NCBI GenBank assembly: GCA_965223335.1
Contig: OZ244991.1
Coordinates: 1,440,001-1,504,000 of the forward strand
Direction of reading: 5' to 3'
Origin: Thermodesulfobacteriota bacterium
GTDB taxonomy: Bacteria; Desulfobacterota_D; UBA1144; Nemesobacterales; UBA2774
DNA: 64,000 nt
The translations under genes were made by a program, and so were the position numbers. This document shows positions 30,501 to 40,453 of the stretch, piece after piece (within the stretch, counting starts at the first letter, position 1; the number at the start of each line of letters is the position of its first letter). The notes under the pieces are model-generated. The model did no database searches. It saw only the letters and a program-made list of their open reading frames with translations, and was not told the DNA's origin.

Positions 30501-31282
30501 TGACACAAATTATTCGAAAACCAAAGAGTGAGATAGAGAATCTGGGCAAAGACCCCGTTATTCATTTGGGCGAGAAGGTATACCCGGTCGTGCAGTTGGG
30601 TGAGGCACTGGGTCTTAAGCATCCGCCGGATCCCAATGTCGATGCACTGCCGGTGTTGATTACCAATGTAGGTGAGAATCAGATTGCGCTCACCGTGGAT
30701 CACATCCTTGAGGGCAGAGAGGTTGTTGTTAAGAGCCTCGGCACTCATCTGCGTCGTGTGTACGGATTGTCGGGGGCCACACTTATGGGAGACGGTAGTG
30801 TTGTGCTTATACTCAACCCATCGGATCTGGCGAAAGAGCCGGATGCGAAGCCTAGTGCGAGTTTTGTATCGGCCCCAGAGCCCGAAACCCCACATAGGGC
30901 CCCAGGTGTACTGGATGTTCTAATCGTCGATGACTCGATTAGCGTGAGAAGAATACTTTCAAATACAATAAAGAAAGCCGGTTGGAATCCGACCACTGCA
31001 AAAGACGGGGTGGAGGCGCTTGAGACGATCCAGCTATCTGATAGAGCGCCCGATATAATTCTATTGGATATCGAAATGCCCCGGATGGACGGGTATGAAT
31101 TAACCTCTATGTTGAGAGCGGAAAATAGGTATAAAGATCTTCCAATTGTGATGATTACCTCAAGAGCCGGAGAAAAGCACCGTAAAAAAGCGTTTGAGAT
31201 AGGGGCTACCGACTACCTGGTAAAACCTTATCAAGATGATGTGCTGTTTGGTATTATTAAGAAACTTACAGGTTCTAATTAA
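27563..31282 (+). CDS. cheA: Hybrid CheA (ChpA-like): 3 Hpt, dimerisation, HATPase, CheW and receiver domains
   Basis: HTIKGAA plus two HTLKGAA; LLHLLRNSVGHGIE; DDGRG; SGRGVGMDVV; C-terminal REC. Confidence 0.93.
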   Translation: MDIDKDLVQGFLEETKGYIPQVKVAIDTYEDTEQGHESLEEAYRFMHTIKGAASMLGMSALSNVAHHVEEVVDDIRNDKIELTPNTVFFLRNAVDQMENYVETVSEKGIENHDDSFFVKSSLIPYCRLKGYDESGDDEYIKGFLTQNQTEAPKSDSHDTDRSRDDSSSDSSVLSFVSEDPVSTDQEIMAQTTPASIPNDTVNEPINVEDLSQYQSEGSGPDDSSDTNTVLDEAANIPPELMEVFILEANEHLQNISSSLERLNGNISNIEPLLDIRRAVHTLKGAASMVGFQSVSDLSAVAEDYLDNVTNDSAKFDQRALDLISRTYEMLMSIVSGDAGGESGVKDELQKLYVAYSEISDQKVSTEPEPITEQAEETADESAPFETPQTDVEDELGIDIEEIEEPLDTAQDNSFAAPDSVVEQDEIPPELMEVFMIEANEHLQNVSTYLGELEKDPTNRDHLSEVRRAVHTLKGAAGMVGFGSVSDLSHRMEDLLDDLFDGEVGLTKDKMSLLYKTADTLDDMVKGESDADYVKYAATSLYREYDNLFNKPEAPDTTDEVVEEAYQEDIAPVPEPEYNEQTVDTEIRTITEDIHIPQVVRQPAPAPSIKKPGEFVRIPIERLDELVNLVGELVVNRSVFEQYFSRLDEESDELKPSVDRLKKISNTMESEYEVMALGGRNIAATGTEQGSYSGPVLAKPSTALTSSTSEFDELEFDRYTEFHLFSRELAESANDLGAISNELGYIIDDFEGYTERQARLTSEIQDKLMRLRMVPLANLSTRLMRTVRVTAESLGKLVELEIVGEEVELDKTVLEEIADPLLHLLRNSVGHGIEDPEARKSAGKDQTGRITLTAYYEGTQVVIKVADDGRGLDASKLRSSAIASGNISQIEVDRMTEDDVYSLIFMPGLSTADELSELSGRGVGMDVVKSAVHHMKGTISIDSIKGEGVTFSIRLPMTLAITKVLMVKSNNEVFAIPSGDLTQIIRKPKSEIENLGKDPVIHLGEKVYPVVQLGEALGLKHPPDPNVDALPVLITNVGENQIALTVDHILEGREVVVKSLGTHLRRVYGLSGATLMGDGSVVLILNPSDLAKEPDAKPSASFVSAPEPETPHRAPGVLDVLIVDDSISVRRILSNTIKKAGWNPTTAKDGVEALETIQLSDRAPDIILLDIEMPRMDGYELTSMLRAENRYKDLPIVMITSRAGEKHRKKAFEIGATDYLVKPYQDDVLFGIIKKLTGSN

Positions 31283-31303
31283 CAGTGCAAAGGTATTAGG
31301 TTT

Positions 31304-32422
31304 ATGAATGAAAGCATTCGTGTTTGCATTACAGATGACTCACCTTTCATATGTAACATGTTGACCAAATACCTTGAATCCGAATCAGATATCGAAGTAG
31401 TGGGTAGAGCATACAGCGGTAAGGCTACGATTGATATGGTCAATGAACTCAGTCCCGATGTGCTGACTCTGGATTTGGAGATGGCCGATATGAATGGGTT
31501 GTCTGTGTTAGAAAAGATAATGTGTGATAGACCTACGCCGGTAATTGTGATAAGCGGAGTTAGTAGAGAAGCCAGGCGTATTACACATCATGCGCTCAAT
31601 AACGGTGCAGTCGACTATGTGCTTAAATATGCCCCGGGCCAGGTTACCGTCCCAGATGAGTTGCGAAAAACTATCATCCAAAAGGTTAGGGTTGCATCGA
31701 AAGTAAAGGTTGTGAGGCTTGCAAAACATAGCCAATTAAAGATTGAAGTGCCCGAGGTGGATCCATTTAGGTCTATAGCACACAGCAGTTCAGTACAACC
31801 CAATAGCCTAGACTCTCAGTTGGTAAGTAGTACAAATTCAGCGAATACGGTAGTGGTGGTGGGTGCCTCCACAGGCGGCCCGTTAGCTTTGACCGAATTG
31901 CTGGGCAATCTGCCCGAAGGGTTTAGTGAGACCATTATAGTGGTACAACATATTTCAAACAATTTTAGTTCTATCCTGGCACATGAACTCTCGCGTCATA
32001 CCCAGCTCAATGTGAAGGTCGCGGAGCAAGGAGAGTTAGTTGAAGCATCGACTGTCTATGTAGCCCCGGGCGATTACCATATCGAGATTGATGCAAGTTG
32101 CTGTTTTTCTCTCAGTCAAGAACAAAGGGTAAAGGGCCATAGACCCTCTATAGACCTTGCTATGATGTCGGTGTCTGAGAGATTTGGACAAAGGACGGTG
32201 GGTTTGTTGCTGACCGGCATGGGGGATGACGGTAGTGAAGGGCTTACGGCAGTGCGCTCACACGGAGGTATGACATTGGCCCAAGACCCCTCGAGTTGTG
32301 TTGTAAGCAGTATGCCGAAAAATGCAATAAACCGCGGTGTCGTAGACCATATTGCCGTACCCGGTCACATGGCAGTGATCTTGTGCAATGAACTCAATGC
32401 ACGCAGGAGGTCGGTATCATGA
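31304..32422 (+). CDS. cheB: Chemotaxis methylesterase with receiver domain
   Basis: LDLEM receiver; GASTGG, VQH, HRPSID, LTGMGDDG. Confidence 0.93.
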   Translation: MNESIRVCITDDSPFICNMLTKYLESESDIEVVGRAYSGKATIDMVNELSPDVLTLDLEMADMNGLSVLEKIMCDRPTPVIVISGVSREARRITHHALNNGAVDYVLKYAPGQVTVPDELRKTIIQKVRVASKVKVVRLAKHSQLKIEVPEVDPFRSIAHSSSVQPNSLDSQLVSSTNSANTVVVVGASTGGPLALTELLGNLPEGFSETIIVVQHISNNFSSILAHELSRHTQLNVKVAEQGELVEASTVYVAPGDYHIEIDASCCFSLSQEQRVKGHRPSIDLAMMSVSERFGQRTVGLLLTGMGDDGSEGLTAVRSHGGMTLAQDPSSCVVSSMPKNAINRGVVDHIAVPGHMAVILCNELNARRRSVS

Positions 32423-33384
32423 ACAGTGTTGCGGGCGGATCAGCAGTTGTCGAGCTTATGCATGTGGTGATCGATAACGTCTCTTACTCTATCGATATGT
32501 CTAGAGTGAAGGGGATACATGGTTATGAGAATTTCACACCGAGTGAGGATGAGAGCTCTCTCGGCAGTTTGCAAAAAGATGGCAGGGACCTGCCCGTCTA
32601 TAGCTTGAGTGGCCGGATAGACCCTGCATCCTCCATGCCTCGGGATCTATCGAACAGCCGGTTCTTAATAATCGATGACACACACAGATGGTGTCTGGTT
32701 GTTACGGAGGTAGTCGGGGTTATCCGAAGAGAGTCGGACGAGATTTATCCTATGCCAATGTATGCTCAAGACCAAGAGTTAGCGTTGCTAAAGGGGGTTG
32801 TCAGGGAACGCGGGAAATGGATCTTTTATTTATCTGTTGATAGGATCCATCCCGATGCCAAACCCATCACGTTTCGTGAAAAGAACATAGCAGTTAACAA
32901 GCAGAACAATCTGCCCACCCAACGATTAGAAAGCTCGGCGTCGGGGAAATTATTGTTTTTTTCTACAACCGATTTTTCTTTTGATGAACGTAAATTGATG
33001 TTTGGGCTAAGCATTACACAGGTGCCTCAAATTCTCGAGTCCCTGCCCATAATACCGATACCCACATCCCCTGGGTATGTGCTGGGTCTTGTGGATTGGA
33101 GAGAGCGGCCCATACCGGTAATAGACCTAAATCTAAGACTCGGTTTCGAGACCCAATCCGATAACTCAAAGAAAAAGAGACTGCTCATAGCAAGGTCTAC
33201 GATAAGCGATGAACTGGTCGGTTTTATGGTGCAGCCGAATGTGAGTGTGAGGAATTTGCCGCTGCCCCATCGGCCGTCTAAACATTTAGTCCCGTCTTTA
33301 GCCAAGGGTATTTACGAGTCAGATACCGAGACACTCTTGATCCCGGATTTGGATGAGATCATGAGTGCTGAGAGCCCCGCATAA
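32419..33384 (+). CDS. Tandem CheW-domain protein (ChpC-like)
   Basis: Two CheW-like halves; IPTSPGYVLGLVDWRERPIPVIDL; ATGA overlap with cheB. Confidence 0.8.
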   Translation: MNSVAGGSAVVELMHVVIDNVSYSIDMSRVKGIHGYENFTPSEDESSLGSLQKDGRDLPVYSLSGRIDPASSMPRDLSNSRFLIIDDTHRWCLVVTEVVGVIRRESDEIYPMPMYAQDQELALLKGVVRERGKWIFYLSVDRIHPDAKPITFREKNIAVNKQNNLPTQRLESSASGKLLFFSTTDFSFDERKLMFGLSITQVPQILESLPIIPIPTSPGYVLGLVDWRERPIPVIDLNLRLGFETQSDNSKKKRLLIARSTISDELVGFMVQPNVSVRNLPLPHRPSKHLVPSLAKGIYESDTETLLIPDLDEIMSAESPA

Positions 33385-33526
33385 TATCAGCAACTTCAGA
33401 TATATAGGTAATGCGAATGTCTATAAAATTTCGATTCATGGGGTTATGCAACTTGAATAAATCGATGCAAAACACCTCGCGTGTTGTTGGTGTGTTGATT
33501 TTCAGTTGCCTTAATGATAATTTTTT

Positions 33527-34207
33527 GTGTCAATGATTGAAAAAAAGCTAGGCTATAAGTTCAAAAATTCAGAACATCTCAAAAAAGCATTAACCCATAG
33601 TTCTTTTGCAAACGAAGCATCCTTGGAAAGCAATGAAAGATTAGAGTTTTTAGGTGACGCGGTACTGGGGTTTATAGTGGCCAGGATACTCTACGACAGG
33701 TTTCCTGACGCATCGGAGGGCAAGCTCTCTAAGATGCGAAGTGCAATAGTGAGTAGAATGAATTTCGCCCGGTTTGCGCAGGAGCTTAGAATTGATCAGG
33801 AAATTATGCTCGGTAAAGGTGAGGAGAATACCGGGGGGAGAGACAGGCAATCGAACCTGGCCGGGGTTTTCGAAGCACTTATCGGGGCACTGTACCTGGA
33901 CGGGGGGTACAGAAAGGTTTTCACCATAGTGTCGCGACTGCTTAAAGACTGTCTTGACGAGAACGACGAACTCTTCAACGATTACAAAACCAAGCTCCAA
34001 GAGCTCTCGCAGCGTAACTATAAAAAGGTCCCCAGATATAAAGTTGTGCACGAAGAGGGCCCGCCCCACGACAAGGTGTTTCATGTAGAGGTAAAACTGT
34101 CTAGAAAACTGCTGGGCAAAGGGGTGGGTAGGAATAAAAAAGAGGCAGAGCAGGCGGCTGCTAAACAGGGGCTATGCACCATTGAGAGTGGAGAACTTAC
34201 AATCTAA
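33527..34207 (+). CDS. rnc: Ribonuclease III
   Basis: NERLEFLGDAVL, FEALIGALYLD, dsRBD with KKEAEQAAA. Confidence 0.96.
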   Translation: MSMIEKKLGYKFKNSEHLKKALTHSSFANEASLESNERLEFLGDAVLGFIVARILYDRFPDASEGKLSKMRSAIVSRMNFARFAQELRIDQEIMLGKGEENTGGRDRQSNLAGVFEALIGALYLDGGYRKVFTIVSRLLKDCLDENDELFNDYKTKLQELSQRNYKKVPRYKVVHEEGPPHDKVFHVEVKLSRKLLGKGVGRNKKEAEQAAAKQGLCTIESGELTI

Positions 34208-34227
34208 CCAGCCTAAAACACAATGTT

Positions 34228-35664
34228 TTAATCCCCATTCCCTTCATTAATCTTTAGTTCTTCGATTTTCTTAGAAAGCGTGTTTCTGTTAATACCCAGT
34301 ATTGAAGCTGCTTTTTTCTTATTGCCCTTTGTGATCTCGAGAGTGGATTCAATGAGCGGTTTCTCAATTTTCTTGATAATAATTTCATATATTCCCTGCT
34401 CTGAAGAATCGTCAGTGTCTTCTAGAAGCCTGGTGAGTTCATTTGATACCAGTTCATCGAATGAGTGAGCGCTGTCGACAACCCCTTTTTCTAAATAGGG
34501 GGCAGCTTCGGTAAGAGTGTTCTTAGTGATCATACTATCTGACGAGAGTACTAAAACGCGTTTCATAATATTCTCGAGCTCCCTTACGTTTCCGGGCCAA
34601 CTGTATCTCATCAGCGTGTCCTTTGCGTCGTCAGAAATTGTACGCATCCCTACGTTAAGCTCATCCGAGTACTTAACGAGAAATGACTCGACCAAAGGTA
34701 GAATATCGTCTTTTCTCTTGCGCAGTGGAGGGATATCCACAGTGATAGCGTTCAATCTGTAGTATAGGTCTTCTCGGAAGTTCCCTAATTGGACCTCACG
34801 ATGGAGGTCTTTGTTTGTGGAGGCTATTATACGCACATCAACCGGGGAGGGGCTCTCGCTCCCTAGTCTATAGAATTTCTTTTCTTCAATAATTCGTAGT
34901 AGTTTGGTCTGTAGGTCGGGCGACATGTCGCCTATTTCGTCGAGATGGAGTGTGCCGAGATGGGCCTCTTCAAACCTGCCTTTTTTTTGAGTAGTGGCAC
35001 CGGTAAACGCACCTTTTTCATATCCGAACAGCTCGCTCTCTAAGAGCTCTGAGGGGATCGCGGCAATGTTTACGGACACGAGTTTTTGGTGCTTGCGTTT
35101 GCTGTTGGCGTGGATTGCGCGGGTGACAAGCTCTTTACCCGTTCCGCTCTCACCGGTAATAAGCACAGTAATGTTTTTTTCCGAGACTCTGCCGATCAAT
35201 TTGTATAAATCGAGCATGGCAGGGGACTTGCCCACTATATCGTGTAGGGTTTCGAGTTGGTCGTATTCTGCTCGGAGCAAGTTTAGTTTCTTTGAGTTTT
35301 CATAGCTCTCAATAGCACGCTGGACTGTGATAAGAACATCGTCCAGATCAAAAGGTTTAGCAATGTAGTCGTAAGCACCCTGTTTCATTGCATCGATAGC
35401 GTTTTTCACCGTGTTTTGTGCTGTGATTATGATCACAGGGGTTGTGATGGCGTGATCTTTTAGTCTGCCGAGTACTTCAAACCCGCTTAAATCAGGCATT
35501 GTGATGTCGAGGATAATAGAGTGAAAATGGTCGGTTAACACGCTGTCTACAGCTTCGCTGCCGGTAGTGCTGTAGCTAACTGCGTAGCCCGCCTTCTCCA
35601 GGCAGTTGCCAAGCACCCATCTTATGCTCTCTTCGTCGTCTACTACTAAAACTTTCCTCTTCAC
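34228..35664 (-). CDS. ntrC: Sigma54-dependent response regulator, NtrC-like
   Basis: [34 protein letters not shown], Fis-type HTH. Confidence 0.85.
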   Translation of the reverse strand: MKRKVLVVDDEESIRWVLGNCLEKAGYAVSYSTTGSEAVDSVLTDHFHSIILDITMPDLSGFEVLGRLKDHAITTPVIIITAQNTVKNAIDAMKQGAYDYIAKPFDLDDVLITVQRAIESYENSKKLNLLRAEYDQLETLHDIVGKSPAMLDLYKLIGRVSEKNITVLITGESGTGKELVTRAIHANSKRKHQKLVSVNIAAIPSELLESELFGYEKGAFTGATTQKKGRFEEAHLGTLHLDEIGDMSPDLQTKLLRIIEEKKFYRLGSESPSPVDVRIIASTNKDLHREVQLGNFREDLYYRLNAITVDIPPLRKRKDDILPLVESFLVKYSDELNVGMRTISDDAKDTLMRYSWPGNVRELENIMKRVLVLSSDSMITKNTLTEAAPYLEKGVVDSAHSFDELVSNELTRLLEDTDDSSEQGIYEIIIKKIEKPLIESTLEITKGNKKKAASILGINRNTLSKKIEELKINEGNGD

Positions 35665-35684
35665 TTTTCCGGATCCTCTCGGGG

Positions 35685-36785
35685 TTATTCCGCAGAATGA
35701 ATGGGTAAGTATACGTGGAAGATAGTGCCTTTTCCAAGTTCACTCTCGACCTGTATAGACCCACCGTGTTTGGCAATTATCTGAGATGCTAAAAAGAGCC
35801 CGAGTCCCGTACCTTGCTCTTTGGTAGTATAAAAGGGGCTGAATATTTTTTCCAGTGTCTCGGGCGAGATGCCAGGGCCTTGGTCGATTATATCCACACT
35901 GAGTGTTTTGTGGCCTCTTAGTTTATGCTCGGTACTTAAGCGCGTTGCAATCTCAATGTTTCCATCCCCTCGGCCCGATTCCTCTGCGTTTTTAACGAGA
36001 TTTAGAAAGACCTGTTTTAGAGCATTTTTATCGGCTTTGATAGCGGGTAGCGTGATGTCGTAATTTTGTGTGAACTTAATGTTTGGGTAGAGGCCCGACA
36101 TGGATTCCAGATAGACTATTTCCATCAGAATTTCGTGCAAGTTGCAGGGCTCCATAACCTCTTCCGCAAAGGGTTCCAGGTGTTTTAGTTTTTCGAGCAG
36201 GTCCTTAAGCCTATCGGCCTCATTAATTATAATCTCTGCGCATTTTTCGGTCTCGTCGCTCTCTGTTAGGCTAGCGAGTAATTGGGCCGCACCCCTGATG
36301 CCGCTTAACGGGTTTTTGAGCTCGTGGGCCAAACCCATGATAAGGTTCTCAAACCCTATAGACGCCATTTTCTGGGTAGTGCTATTGCTTAGAAATTTTG
36401 TGCTGGTGAGGTTTTTTACCTGTAGTATCACTCCCAGTAATTGTCCATGCTGTGCTATATAGGGTGTTGCCACTCCCTGGATATATACTCTCTCGTCGCC
36501 TCTGAGTTGGGCGTTGATCTCGTCACCAAAAACTGTTCTTTCCTCGATAAGTGCCCTTTTGGCAATGGCCTCGAGACTCTCGGGCAAAAAGTTTCTAGAT
36601 GGTTTTCCTGTGGCTTTCTTTTTGGATACTTTGAATATGTTTTGAGCCGAGTGGTTAATGGATGTTACAACGAAATCCTTGTCTAAAACTAGTATTCCGT
36701 CGGGCAGGGATTCGAAAATCTCACTATACGACAGATCTAATTCCTTTGACTTTTTTTTGACCATACCGGATTTTCGCTTGTACAC
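35685..36785 (-). CDS. ntrB: PAS histidine kinase, NtrB-like
   Basis: LAHELKNPLSGIRGAAQLL, PAS N-terminus; start may be ATG 36764. Confidence 0.85.
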   Translation of the reverse strand: MYKRKSGMVKKKSKELDLSYSEIFESLPDGILVLDKDFVVTSINHSAQNIFKVSKKKATGKPSRNFLPESLEAIAKRALIEERTVFGDEINAQLRGDERVYIQGVATPYIAQHGQLLGVILQVKNLTSTKFLSNSTTQKMASIGFENLIMGLAHELKNPLSGIRGAAQLLASLTESDETEKCAEIIINEADRLKDLLEKLKHLEPFAEEVMEPCNLHEILMEIVYLESMSGLYPNIKFTQNYDITLPAIKADKNALKQVFLNLVKNAEESGRGDGNIEIATRLSTEHKLRGHKTLSVDIIDQGPGISPETLEKIFSPFYTTKEQGTGLGLFLASQIIAKHGGSIQVESELGKGTIFHVYLPIHSAE

Positions 36786-36811
36786 CGTCCGAGTCGGTTT
36801 TTTATGTTGCC

Positions 36812-38113
36812 TTAGATATCTTCAATTCTTATGTACATGGTTTTAGACAACACGTCTTTGGATTTATCGGCCTGGCGGAGCGCTTTCATCAAGTTTTCTT
36901 CTCTTGCCTCGTGGGTCATCATTATGACTGGTACTCCTCCGCCACCAAGGTGGCGGGTTTTTTGAATAACAGACTCGATGCTTATACCGTTTTTCCCCAA
37001 TATCCCGGTTATCCTTCCAAGCACACCGGGTTTGTCTCGCAGTGTAAACCGCAGGTAGTACTTTGTAACAATCTCCTTCATATTAATGAGCTCGGAGCGG
37101 TTGCGGTCGCTGAAAATCTTGGGCACCGAGTTGTGAGAATTGCTGAATGTGATCTGCTTTGCAATCTCTACGACATCCGCGACCACGGCGCTCGCGGTGG
37201 GCATCATACCGGCACCCATGCCGTAGAGCATCGTAGGCCCCACAGCATCGCCCACTACATAGATAGCGTTAAACGCACCCGAAACATCGGCAAGCTGTGT
37301 GCCGTTTTTGACAAGGGTGGGGTACACACCGGCCTCTATCCCATTTTTATGTGATTTAGCTATGGCCAGCAGTTTGATTTTATAGCCCAGTTCATCGGCA
37401 AACTCTATGTCGATAGGGGTAATTTGACTAATGCCCTCCACATGGAACTTACCGAATTTAAAGAATGTCCCGAAGGCAAGCATTATTAATATGGAGAGCT
37501 TATGTGCTGCATCTATGCCGTCTACATCAAACGAGGGATCGGCCTCTGCATAACCGGCCTCTTGAGCTTGACGAAGCACCTCTTTGAACTCGGTCCCCTC
37601 CTCTGTCATCTTGGACAAGATATAGTTGCATGTGCCGTTCATGATCCCGTGTATCGATACGATATTATTGGCTGAATAGCCTTCCTTTGTGGACTTGATA
37701 ATAGGTATCCCTCCGCCCACGCTTGCCTCGAAACCCACATCGACACCGTTTTTTGAGGCGGCGGAGAATATCTCTCTGCCATGATGGGCAAGCAGTGCTT
37801 TATTGGCCGTGACCACGTGTTTGTTGTGTTTAATGGAGCGTAGTATGAAGTCCTTGGCTACACCGGTTCCTCCTACCAGTTCGATGACGATTGGTATAGT
37901 AGGGTCCTCTATAATCTCGGAGGCATCGGTGGTGAACTTGGATTTCGGTATGCGTACGGGCCTTTTTCTACGGGGGTCGGTATCGGCTATTTTAGCCAGC
38001 TCGAGTCTTACCCCCGACCTGTTTTCAATTATATCCTGATTGTTTTTGAGTACCTTGATTACACCGCAACCGACTGTGCCGGCACCTATTAGCCCAACTC
38101 TAACTACGTCCAT
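36812..38113 (-). CDS. hom: Homoserine dehydrogenase with ACT domain
   Basis: GAGTVG, VTANKA, EASVGGGIP, NGTCNYIL, GYAEADP, DKPGVL. Confidence 0.96.
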   Translation of the reverse strand: MDVVRVGLIGAGTVGCGVIKVLKNNQDIIENRSGVRLELAKIADTDPRRKRPVRIPKSKFTTDASEIIEDPTIPIVIELVGGTGVAKDFILRSIKHNKHVVTANKALLAHHGREIFSAASKNGVDVGFEASVGGGIPIIKSTKEGYSANNIVSIHGIMNGTCNYILSKMTEEGTEFKEVLRQAQEAGYAEADPSFDVDGIDAAHKLSILIMLAFGTFFKFGKFHVEGISQITPIDIEFADELGYKIKLLAIAKSHKNGIEAGVYPTLVKNGTQLADVSGAFNAIYVVGDAVGPTMLYGMGAGMMPTASAVVADVVEIAKQITFSNSHNSVPKIFSDRNRSELINMKEIVTKYYLRFTLRDKPGVLGRITGILGKNGISIESVIQKTRHLGGGGVPVIMMTHEAREENLMKALRQADKSKDVLSKTMYIRIEDI

Positions 38114-38177
38114 TTCACTGGTCTCCTTAGATTAAAAACCGCTTTAGCATTAGGGATGGAAGTATACATCATTTTAT

Positions 38178-38206
38178 TTGACATTAAATTAAACTGGCCT
38201 TAAATT
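38178..38206 (+). promoter_or_regulatory. Sigma70 promoter for tRNA-Ala
   Basis: TTGACA-N17-TAAATT. Confidence 0.65.
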
Positions 38207-38220
38207 ATTAGACAATCAGC

Positions 38221-38296
38221 GGGGCCGTAGCTCAGTTGGGAGAGCGCATGAATGGCATTCATGAGGTCGAGGGTTCGAATCCCTTCGGCTCCACCA
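38221..38296 (+). tRNA. tRNA-Ala(GGC)
   Basis: 76-nt cloverleaf, anticodon arm CATGA-AT-GGC-AT-TCATG, GGTTCGAATCC T-arm, G3:U70, encoded CCA. Confidence 0.97.
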
Positions 38297-38379
38297 ATGA
38301 TCCCTTATCTACTCTAATCTTTGATAAAATCAAGATAGATCTGTATGCAATGCAGTAAATTGGCAGGGAGAGAACGCGC

Positions 38380-38413
38380 AAGAATCCAGGGGCAGGCGAT
38401 TAGCCCACCCCCA
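38380..38413 (-). terminator. Putative terminator of the surface-protein pair
   Basis: Minus-strand GGGGTGGGC-taatc-GCCTGCCCC stem with a weak U-tail. Confidence 0.45.
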
Positions 38414-38437
38414 GTTGTTTTCAAATTAATGTTACCT

Positions 38438-40399
38438 CTACTTCTTTTTCCTGCGTAGTGCACGTATCCCGAATACAAATGCTACCGGTACTAGCGGGAT
38501 AAGTACGTTCGCTAGTCCGCTACCAAGCTCCACTGGGCTTGCTGCTATTGCACAGCTTCCACTCCCACTTCCGCTAGGCGGATTCGTAGGTGTAGAGGTC
38601 GGTCCCAGTGTAGGTGGTGTTGTCGGTGGCAGTGTCGGCCCTAGTGTCGGGGCTACTACAAAATCCTGACTTGCCACTACTGCTTCGTCCACACCTAACC
38701 TTAAGAAGCACACTGGTACGTCGCCGCAGCTTGAGAAGTCCTCTGTGTCGTCCCATATACCCACTGCAACATCTGTTGCGGCTGCGAGTGCGCGGTATGG
38801 GGGACCGTAGTCGTCTATAAAGGAGATAAGCACAGCGTCTCCACCTGCAGCACCTGTCTGTACATTAAACTGCCCTGCGAGGATGGTAGGATCGACTATA
38901 TCCAAGAAGGAGTTAACTCCGTCTAGTGTTCCATCGCATACCAAAGCTTCAATAACACGGAAGTTGTCTACGAGAGCACCGGTATCCTCATCCTCTGTAG
39001 AACAATCAGACATAGAAGCGTCTTGTAATGTAACGACTTGAATAGCATACGTGCCGGCTCCAGGGATTTGTATACTGTCGTTGTTGAAGCTTGAGTTCCC
39101 ACCGGTGAACGTAAACGGACTTATAGTGTATAAGGTTGCGTTTGTAGGTATGAATTGGCAAGCAACTGAGCCAAAGGGCGGTGTGAGGTTGAGAGTCGCA
39201 GGATTTGTGTTGTTAGGATCAATATAACATTGGCCATCAATTATCGCCGGAATTGATGTATCTATGAGCAGAACGGCCATTGCTGGATCACAAAGCTGGT
39301 TCGAAGCAGAAAGGATTGAATAGTCGTATGTGAGTGTATTGATACCTGTAGTCATAAAATTCACAGACTGTATTACCGTAGCATTTTGATTGCCAAACGT
39401 ATAATCGCTACCTGAAATTAAGTTAGAGTTTTCAAGTGCCATACCAAATGATCCGCCATTGTAAAATCCGGATGGAAAATCCGGGCTGGATACTATGTAT
39501 GCATAAAAATCGTTTGCAGGATCGGGAAGCGTTGCAGGCGGTGCCGCTACGTTTGGGGATATCCCTGTGGAGTCTATAACACCTGTAACTGGACTAAAAC
39601 CGCTTGGTGGAAACCATGCAGGTTCTCCTGTTGAAGGTGGGGGCATAGGTATAAAAAACTCACCACTCTGGAAGCTGCCATTTAGGATTAAGTTCATCTC
39701 CCCAGCCTCGTCACAAAAAGCCTGACGGGCATACATATTTACTCCATACATGTAATCTTCTGAGTCCACTATCACCGTCTGTCCCGTGAGCTGGTCGTGC
39801 TCTACTGCTTGATCGGGATTTGGGCATCCGTTTACCGATGTTATGACGAATATACCCTCGTTACCCTGAAGGTTGTCGTCCGGGATAGCGGCACCCATAT
39901 TATTAATTAGGTTCCCCAGGTCATACACGTGTGAGTCCCCGGGGGTGTAGTTATCGCAGAAGTTACGGATCTCTACACAGTTGGCGTCTAGGATCCGCAC
40001 GTGGACACTGATTGGGTCGTCTACGTCAGTGTTTGTAACTTGCACAGAGGTGTTACGTCCGTCTGTCTGTGTCCACCAGGTCACTAGCTGTGATCCGCTG
40101 TCTGTGGTAGGTGTGGGGTTAGCGTTGAAGTTTGGGAAAAATGGATCAAACGTGTCGTTATTATGCATCCAGTCGAGTCCACCCACTAGAGAACCGTTAA
40201 AAAGCTCTACTGTACCTATGAGGCCTGCGGTAAAGTCGGCCTGTGCGGGGTTTGGGATCTGTACCTCTAGCCAGCCCACATCATTGGGCACAGCCGGACA
40301 GAAGAGGTTGTCTGTGCCAATCTGGCTCATTGCAGGGCTTACATATGCAAAGCCCACAAGCATGAGCAGTAATACTGCTGTTATGGGTTTTTTAATCAT
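38438..40399 (-). CDS. Secreted surface protein with inserted jelly-roll-like domain, PT linker and Cys-containing C-terminal sorting signal
   Basis: Signal peptide; PTLGPT repeats; GSGSGSC-TM-RRKKK; ATG 40399 follows AAGGAGG. Confidence 0.75.
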   Translation of the reverse strand: MIKKPITAVLLLMLVGFAYVSPAMSQIGTDNLFCPAVPNDVGWLEVQIPNPAQADFTAGLIGTVELFNGSLVGGLDWMHNNDTFDPFFPNFNANPTPTTDSGSQLVTWWTQTDGRNTSVQVTNTDVDDPISVHVRILDANCVEIRNFCDNYTPGDSHVYDLGNLINNMGAAIPDDNLQGNEGIFVITSVNGCPNPDQAVEHDQLTGQTVIVDSEDYMYGVNMYARQAFCDEAGEMNLILNGSFQSGEFFIPMPPPSTGEPAWFPPSGFSPVTGVIDSTGISPNVAAPPATLPDPANDFYAYIVSSPDFPSGFYNGGSFGMALENSNLISGSDYTFGNQNATVIQSVNFMTTGINTLTYDYSILSASNQLCDPAMAVLLIDTSIPAIIDGQCYIDPNNTNPATLNLTPPFGSVACQFIPTNATLYTISPFTFTGGNSSFNNDSIQIPGAGTYAIQVVTLQDASMSDCSTEDEDTGALVDNFRVIEALVCDGTLDGVNSFLDIVDPTILAGQFNVQTGAAGGDAVLISFIDDYGPPYRALAAATDVAVGIWDDTEDFSSCGDVPVCFLRLGVDEAVVASQDFVVAPTLGPTLPPTTPPTLGPTSTPTNPPSGSGSGSCAIAASPVELGSGLANVLIPLVPVAFVFGIRALRRKKK

Positions 40400-40453
40400 C
40401 CTTGTTTCCTCCTTAGAGTTTTTCCTCCTTTTGTTATCAAACTGTTTCATAAT

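Noticed and set aside
38575..38660. Short tandem repeats as CRISPR or VNTR
   Set aside because: They encode the Pro/Thr linker of the surface protein; no repeat-spacer structure anywhere in the window
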